DNA from: an uncultured Chloroflexia bacterium
GTDB taxonomy: Bacteria > Chloroflexota > Dehalococcoidia > UBA2247 > RBG-13-53-26
DNA: 64,000 nt
NCBI GenBank assembly: GCA_963720375.1
Contig: CAVRFM010000015.1
Location: 39,988-103,987 of the forward strand
Reading direction: 5' to 3'
Part shown: in pieces, positions 59,538 through 64,000 of the stretch
Layout of the letters: each line of letters begins with the position of its first letter
How positions within the stretch are numbered: the first letter of the stretch is position 1
Notes under the pieces: model-generated
Told to the model about the DNA's origin: nothing
Seen by the model: the letters and a program-made list of their open reading frames with translations, nothing else
Database searches by the model: none
Position numbers and translations under genes: made by a program

Positions 59538-60740
59538 ATGGAGTCTGGTATGGTAAAGGATAAGACGGTAGTTCTGGGTGTGACTGGCAGCATTGCTGCC
59601 TATAAGGCGGTAGAACTGGCCAGCAAGCTGACGCAGGCTGGGGCCAAAGTGGACGTGGTCATGACCAAGTGTGCCACCGAGTTTGTCACTCCACTGACCT
59701 TTCGCAGCATCACTCACCGGCCGGTGGCTACCGATATGTTTGCTAACCCCGACGAGTATGATATCGAACACATTGCCCTGGCTGAACGGGCTGAGGTGAT
59801 GGTCATTGCCCCGGCTACGGCTGATATCATGGCCAAGCTGGCGGCAGGCATCGCCGACGATCTGCTCTGCTGTACGGTACTGGCCACAAAGGCGCCTATT
59901 GTCCTGGCGCCGGCGATGAACGTGCATATGTGGGAAAATGCGATTACCCAGGAGAACTTGACCAAGCTCCGCAACAGGGGATTCAAGATCGTGGAACCGG
60001 GCTATGGCGCTTTGGCTTGCGGGGAGACGGGCAAGGGGCGTCTGGCCGATGTTGAAGATATTCTGGCGGCCATTCGCCGGATTCTCGATAGGAAGAGCGA
60101 TCTGGCAGGGAAGCATGTCGTTGTTACTGCAGGGGGCACTCAGGAGCCCATTGATCCGGTTCGTCTTATCTGCAACAGGAGCTCGGGCAAGATGGGTTAC
60201 GCTCTGGCCGAGGCTGCCCGGGAACGGGGGGCAAAAGTAACCTTGATCAGTGCTCCTACCACACTTCCTGCTCCTGACGGGGTGGAGATGGTCCAGGTTC
60301 AAACAGCGCTCCAGATGCGGGAAGCGGTCCTGAAGTCTGTTCCTGGGGCAGATGCCCTGATCATGGCAGCAGCTGTGGCCGATTATCGCCCGGCGACCGC
60401 TGCTAAGAGCAAGTTGAAAAAAGAGGAGTTCCCCCTGATGCAGTTGGAGTTGATCAGAAACCCGGATATTATCAGCGAAGTAAAGGGAAATCTCATTAAG
60501 GTGGGGTTCGCTGCTGAAAGCGAGAACGCGGTGCAAAACGCGACTGTTAAGCTGAAGAATAAGGGGCTCCACCTTATCGTGGCTAACAATATCACTGAAG
60601 CGGGCAGCGGCTTTGGAGCTGATACCGATAAGGTGGCCCTGATCGATGCTCGAGGTAATGTGGATGATCTGCCCCTGATGCCAAAATCGGAGGTGGCTCA
60701 CAGGATTCTGGACAAGGTTGTCAGTCTATTGGCAGCTTAG
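59538..60740 (+). CDS. coaBC: Bifunctional phosphopantothenoylcysteine decarboxylase / phosphopantothenate--cysteine ligase
   Basis: Flavoprotein N-domain (VLGVTGSIAAYKA) and the DFP C-domain. Confidence 0.92.
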   Translation: MESGMVKDKTVVLGVTGSIAAYKAVELASKLTQAGAKVDVVMTKCATEFVTPLTFRSITHRPVATDMFANPDEYDIEHIALAERAEVMVIAPATADIMAKLAAGIADDLLCCTVLATKAPIVLAPAMNVHMWENAITQENLTKLRNRGFKIVEPGYGALACGETGKGRLADVEDILAAIRRILDRKSDLAGKHVVVTAGGTQEPIDPVRLICNRSSGKMGYALAEAARERGAKVTLISAPTTLPAPDGVEMVQVQTALQMREAVLKSVPGADALIMAAAVADYRPATAAKSKLKKEEFPLMQLELIRNPDIISEVKGNLIKVGFAAESENAVQNATVKLKNKGLHLIVANNITEAGSGFGADTDKVALIDARGNVDDLPLMPKSEVAHRILDKVVSLLAA

Positions 60741-60798
60741 CAGCCTGTAGGGTCAGGGCTTTAGCTCCGTCCGAATCCTCCGAAACCAAATGGCATTG

Positions 60799-60826
60799 GA
60801 CAGACCTTCAGGTCTGTCTTTACTGG
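60799..60826 (+). terminator. Intrinsic terminator after coaBC: GACAGACC-TTCA-GGTCTGTC hairpin followed by TTTACTGG
   Basis: Perfect 8-bp stem, a 4-nt loop and a T-rich 3' flank, 58 nt after the coaBC stop. Confidence 0.55.
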
Positions 60827-60852
60827 AAAGGAAATGATCAAAAAACAAAAGA

Positions 60853-63516
60853 ATGAATGTTAAGGGAATAGATCAAGCAGAACAGCTACCTAAAGCCTAC
60901 GAACCTGGTCAGGTTGAGGGTAGAATCTACGAATTCTGGGCCAGGAAAGGCTACTTCACCCCCAGGATAGACCACAGCAGGAAACCCTTCACCATTATCA
61001 TGCCCCCACCCAATGTTACCGGTGAATTGCATCTGGGGCATGCTTTGGTAGCTACCATCGAGGATATCATGGTTCGCTGGCATCGCATGAAAGGGGAGGC
61101 GGCTCTCTGGCTCCCGGGGGTTGACCATGCCAGCATTGCGGTTCACGTAGTCCTGGAGCGGCAACTGGCTGCTGAGGGATCAACCCGTTTCGACCTGGGG
61201 AGAGAGAAGTTCTTGCAGAGGGCATGGCAATGGGCCAACAAATGCCGGGAGACTGTCAGAGAGCAACATAGAAGAATGGGCGCCTCCTGCGATTGGACCA
61301 GGGAGACGTTCACTATGGATGAGAAGCCCAGCCGTGCGGTGGCCACCACTTTTGTTCGTCTATACGAGAAGGGGCTTATCTATCGAGGGGAGCGGATTAT
61401 CAACTGGTGTCCCCGCTGCCGGACGGCGCTCTCCGACCTGGAAACGGAACATCGAGAGATAGAAGGGCATCTTTATCACATCAACTACCCCCTGGTTGAT
61501 GAGCCGGGCCATGTCACTGTAGCCACCACTCGTCCTGAGACTATGTTCGGTGATACTGCTGTGGCGGTCAATCCTGCCGACAAACGTTTCAACAGCCTGA
61601 TAGGCAAGAGGGTGTCCATTCCCGTGATCTCCCGCCCCATACCGGTTATCGCTGATGAAGCTGTGGACATGGCCTTTGGTACAGGCGCACTGAAGGTTAC
61701 CCCCTCTCATGACCCCGTGGATTTTGAGATGGCCCAGCGGCATAAACTGCCTTCGGTAAACATATTTAACGCCGATGCTACTCTGAATAAGGAAGCAGGG
61801 CCTTACGATGGATACGACCGTTTCGATTGCCGCAAAGCCTTGCTGGCCCGACTGGAGAAGGACGGGCTCCTGCTGAAGATTGAACCACATCTTCAGTCCG
61901 TAGGGCACTGTACCCGGTGCGGCACCATCGTTGAACCCTGGGCCAGTCGCCAGTGGTTCGTCAAAACTCAGCCCTTAGCCGAGCCGGCTGTTAAGGCTGT
62001 GAGGGAAGGACGGATAACCATCATCCCTGAGCAATTCACCAAGGTCTATTTGCACTGGATGGAGAATATCCGTGATTGGTGCATCAGCCGCCAGCTTTGG
62101 TGGGGTCACCGGATCCCGGTATGGTATTGTGAAGCCTGCGGCCAACCCACGGTTACTGTCGATCAGCCCGGGAAATGTGCTCATTGTGGCTCAACGAAGA
62201 TCTACCAGGAGTCGGATATTCTTGATACCTGGTTCAGTTCCGGACTCTGGCCTCACTCTACCCTGGGCTGGCCTGAGGATACTGATGACTTCCGATACTT
62301 TTATCCTACCACCGTGATGGAAACAGGTTATGATATCCTTTTCTTCTGGGTAGCCAGGATGATCATGATGGGTATTGAGAATACGGGCGATATCCCCTTT
62401 CGCTGGGTCTATCTTCATGGCCTGGTAAGGGACGAGAAAGGGGATAAGATGAGCAAGATGAAAGGGAACGTTATCAACCCTGTGACGGCAATTGATGATT
62501 ATGGCGCTGATGCCCTACGCTTCGCTGTTACGACCGGCACTGCGCCGGGGAACGACGTCCAGGTAAGCAGCCAGAAGCTGGAGTCAGCTCGCAACTTCGC
62601 CAACAAGCTGTGGAATGCAGCCAGATTTGTAATAAGGAGTCTGCCGCCACAGATGGAAGAGGTGACACTGCAACACGGGAGGCCGGTAGAAGACCGATGG
62701 ATTCTGAGCCGCCTGGATCGGCTGGTAGCCAAAGTGAACAAGCTGCTGGACGACTTCCAATTTGGTGAGGCTGAAACACAGGTTCATGACTTTCTGTGGG
62801 GAGAATTCTGTGATTGGTATATTGAGCTGGCGAAGATCCGCCTTCGCGATGGGAGTTTGCCGTCACCCATCCCCGTCTTGTTTGACACTCTGGAGACCTC
62901 TTTGAGGCTGGCCCATCCCTTTATGCCCTTCATTACTGAAGAGATATGGCAAGCACTGGTTTCACACCTTCCGCAGGATGGAGCCCGGCCTGATTCTATT
63001 ATGATCGCTGCCTACCCTGCTGCCCGGGGGGCCATCGATACCCAGGCAGAGGAGGAGATGGGGACGGTCATTGATATAATCCACAGTATCCGCAATGCAC
63101 GGGCCGAGTCCAGGGTTGAGTCCGCTCGATGGACTGCAGCCCAGATCTATGCCGTGAATAAGTTAGCCATCGAGCCCCATCGCCAAGCGATTGAAACCCT
63201 GGCTCGAGTACAGCCCCTGGCTATTCTGGGTTATCAGGAAAGGACTGGGGGTAATCCGCAAGGTGCTACAGTACTGGTGTTGAAGGATGTTGAAATCATC
63301 CTGCCTATGATGGTTGACCTGGACTCAGAAAGGCGGCGCCTGGGAAAGGAACAGGAGTCTCTGCAGGCCAAGATAACCGGCCTTAAAGCCAGGCTTGGTG
63401 ATGATTCTTTCATGAGTAAAGCGCCGTCTTCGGTAATAGAAAAAGAGCGAGAGAAGCTCCTCGATTCTGAGGGCAGACTGGAAAAGATAAAACAAAGGCT
63501 GGCTCAACTGCCCTGA
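60853..63516 (+). CDS. valS: Valine--tRNA ligase
   Basis: 887 aa. HLGH class-I motif (PPPNVTGELHLGHA) and KMSKS (KMSKMKGN). C-terminal coiled coil. Confidence 0.95.
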   Translation: MNVKGIDQAEQLPKAYEPGQVEGRIYEFWARKGYFTPRIDHSRKPFTIIMPPPNVTGELHLGHALVATIEDIMVRWHRMKGEAALWLPGVDHASIAVHVVLERQLAAEGSTRFDLGREKFLQRAWQWANKCRETVREQHRRMGASCDWTRETFTMDEKPSRAVATTFVRLYEKGLIYRGERIINWCPRCRTALSDLETEHREIEGHLYHINYPLVDEPGHVTVATTRPETMFGDTAVAVNPADKRFNSLIGKRVSIPVISRPIPVIADEAVDMAFGTGALKVTPSHDPVDFEMAQRHKLPSVNIFNADATLNKEAGPYDGYDRFDCRKALLARLEKDGLLLKIEPHLQSVGHCTRCGTIVEPWASRQWFVKTQPLAEPAVKAVREGRITIIPEQFTKVYLHWMENIRDWCISRQLWWGHRIPVWYCEACGQPTVTVDQPGKCAHCGSTKIYQESDILDTWFSSGLWPHSTLGWPEDTDDFRYFYPTTVMETGYDILFFWVARMIMMGIENTGDIPFRWVYLHGLVRDEKGDKMSKMKGNVINPVTAIDDYGADALRFAVTTGTAPGNDVQVSSQKLESARNFANKLWNAARFVIRSLPPQMEEVTLQHGRPVEDRWILSRLDRLVAKVNKLLDDFQFGEAETQVHDFLWGEFCDWYIELAKIRLRDGSLPSPIPVLFDTLETSLRLAHPFMPFITEEIWQALVSHLPQDGARPDSIMIAAYPAARGAIDTQAEEEMGTVIDIIHSIRNARAESRVESARWTAAQIYAVNKLAIEPHRQAIETLARVQPLAILGYQERTGGNPQGATVLVLKDVEIILPMMVDLDSERRRLGKEQESLQAKITGLKARLGDDSFMSKAPSSVIEKEREKLLDSEGRLEKIKQRLAQLP

Positions 63517-63564
63517 GCAGAGACTTCTGGGAAATCTGATGGGGAAGGGGGTTTTGGATCAGGA

Positions 63565-64000
63565 ATGGCTATTGAACCAATTGAAAAGAAATTAGAAAAC
63601 CTTGCCAAACTCAGGGAACAGGCAAAGCAGGGCGGGGGTGCCAAGCGCATCGAAGCCCAGCACGCTAAGGGTAAACTTACTGCCAGGGAGAGGATCAACC
63701 TTCTTTTCGATCGCGGTACCTTTGAGGAGTTGGATTCCTTCGTTACTCATCGTTCGAGCGAATTCGGCCTGGATGAACAAAGATTCCTGGGGGATTCCGT
63801 AGTTACCGGCTACGGCAAGATTGATGGCAGGATGGCTTATGTCTATTCCCAGGATTTCACGGTAATTGGCGGCACGCTGTCACTGGTAGCATCAGAGAAA
63901 ATCTGCAAGGTGATGGACCTGGCAGCTAAGAATGGGGCTCCTTGCATTGGCTTGCTTGATTCGGGCGGAGCGCGGATTCAGGAGGGAGTGGACAGCCTTA
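63565..64000 (+). CDS. Acyl-CoA carboxyltransferase beta subunit (propionyl-CoA carboxylase / methylmalonyl-CoA decarboxylase alpha-type), 5' part; runs off the window
   Basis: [13 protein letters not shown]...[14 protein letters not shown]...GGTLS...SGGARIQEG carboxyltransferase N-domain motifs. Confidence 0.8.
   Translation, partial: MAIEPIEKKLENLAKLREQAKQGGGAKRIEAQHAKGKLTARERINLLFDRGTFEELDSFVTHRSSEFGLDEQRFLGDSVVTGYGKIDGRMAYVYSQDFTVIGGTLSLVASEKICKVMDLAAKNGAPCIGLLDSGGARIQEGVDSL

Noticed and set aside
1-64000. CRISPR arrays and rRNA genes
   Set aside because: No regularly spaced direct repeats or rRNA-like conserved stretches were seen. The only short direct repeats are the three 10-mers in the kdp promoter.

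Overview
This window is a mostly housekeeping chromosomal segment of roughly 55% GC with gene content typical of a Chloroflexi / Dehalococcoidia-like bacterium. It spans the dnaA locus, so it probably contains the replication origin. Recognisable content, in order: a kdpF-kdpA-kdpB potassium-pump operon on the minus strand, purL, secDF, the CCA-adding enzyme gene, def, priA, rplS, trmD, mog, rpsU, purQ, efp with epmA, ndk, thiL, a GreA-like gene, mnmE, an ECF sigma / anti-sigma pair, gatB, secG, ubiE, cysS, ispDF, tandem tRNA-His / tRNA-Arg genes, dnaA, nadD, dut with a thymidylate-synthase-like gene, glyA, rpsF-ssb-rpsR, hom-thrC, an ABC exporter pair, folE, metF, nnr, coaX, coaBC, valS, and the start of a carboxyltransferase gene. 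The stand-out accessory region is a roughly 4.1 kb lower-GC islet (34940-39253) wedged between the tRNA pair and dnaA. It carries a divergent HTH_XRE regulator, a two-gene operon (a 146-aa unknown protein plus a 509-aa HD-domain dNTP-triphosphohydrolase-like protein), a palindromic operator over an extended -10 promoter, and a decayed tyrosine-integrase gene. That makes it a candidate mobile-element-borne nucleotide-depletion anti-phage module of uncharacterised composition. A second cluster of unknown function (cysteine mini-ORFs, a 181-aa unknown and a trypsin-like serine protease, 41456-43088) follows nadD. At least five conserved genes (kdpB, kdpA, glyA, metF, nnr) carry single frameshifts, and the integrase remnant carries a frameshift plus an in-frame nonsense codon. 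These may reflect assembly indel errors, real gene decay, or both. No CRISPR array or rRNA gene was seen.
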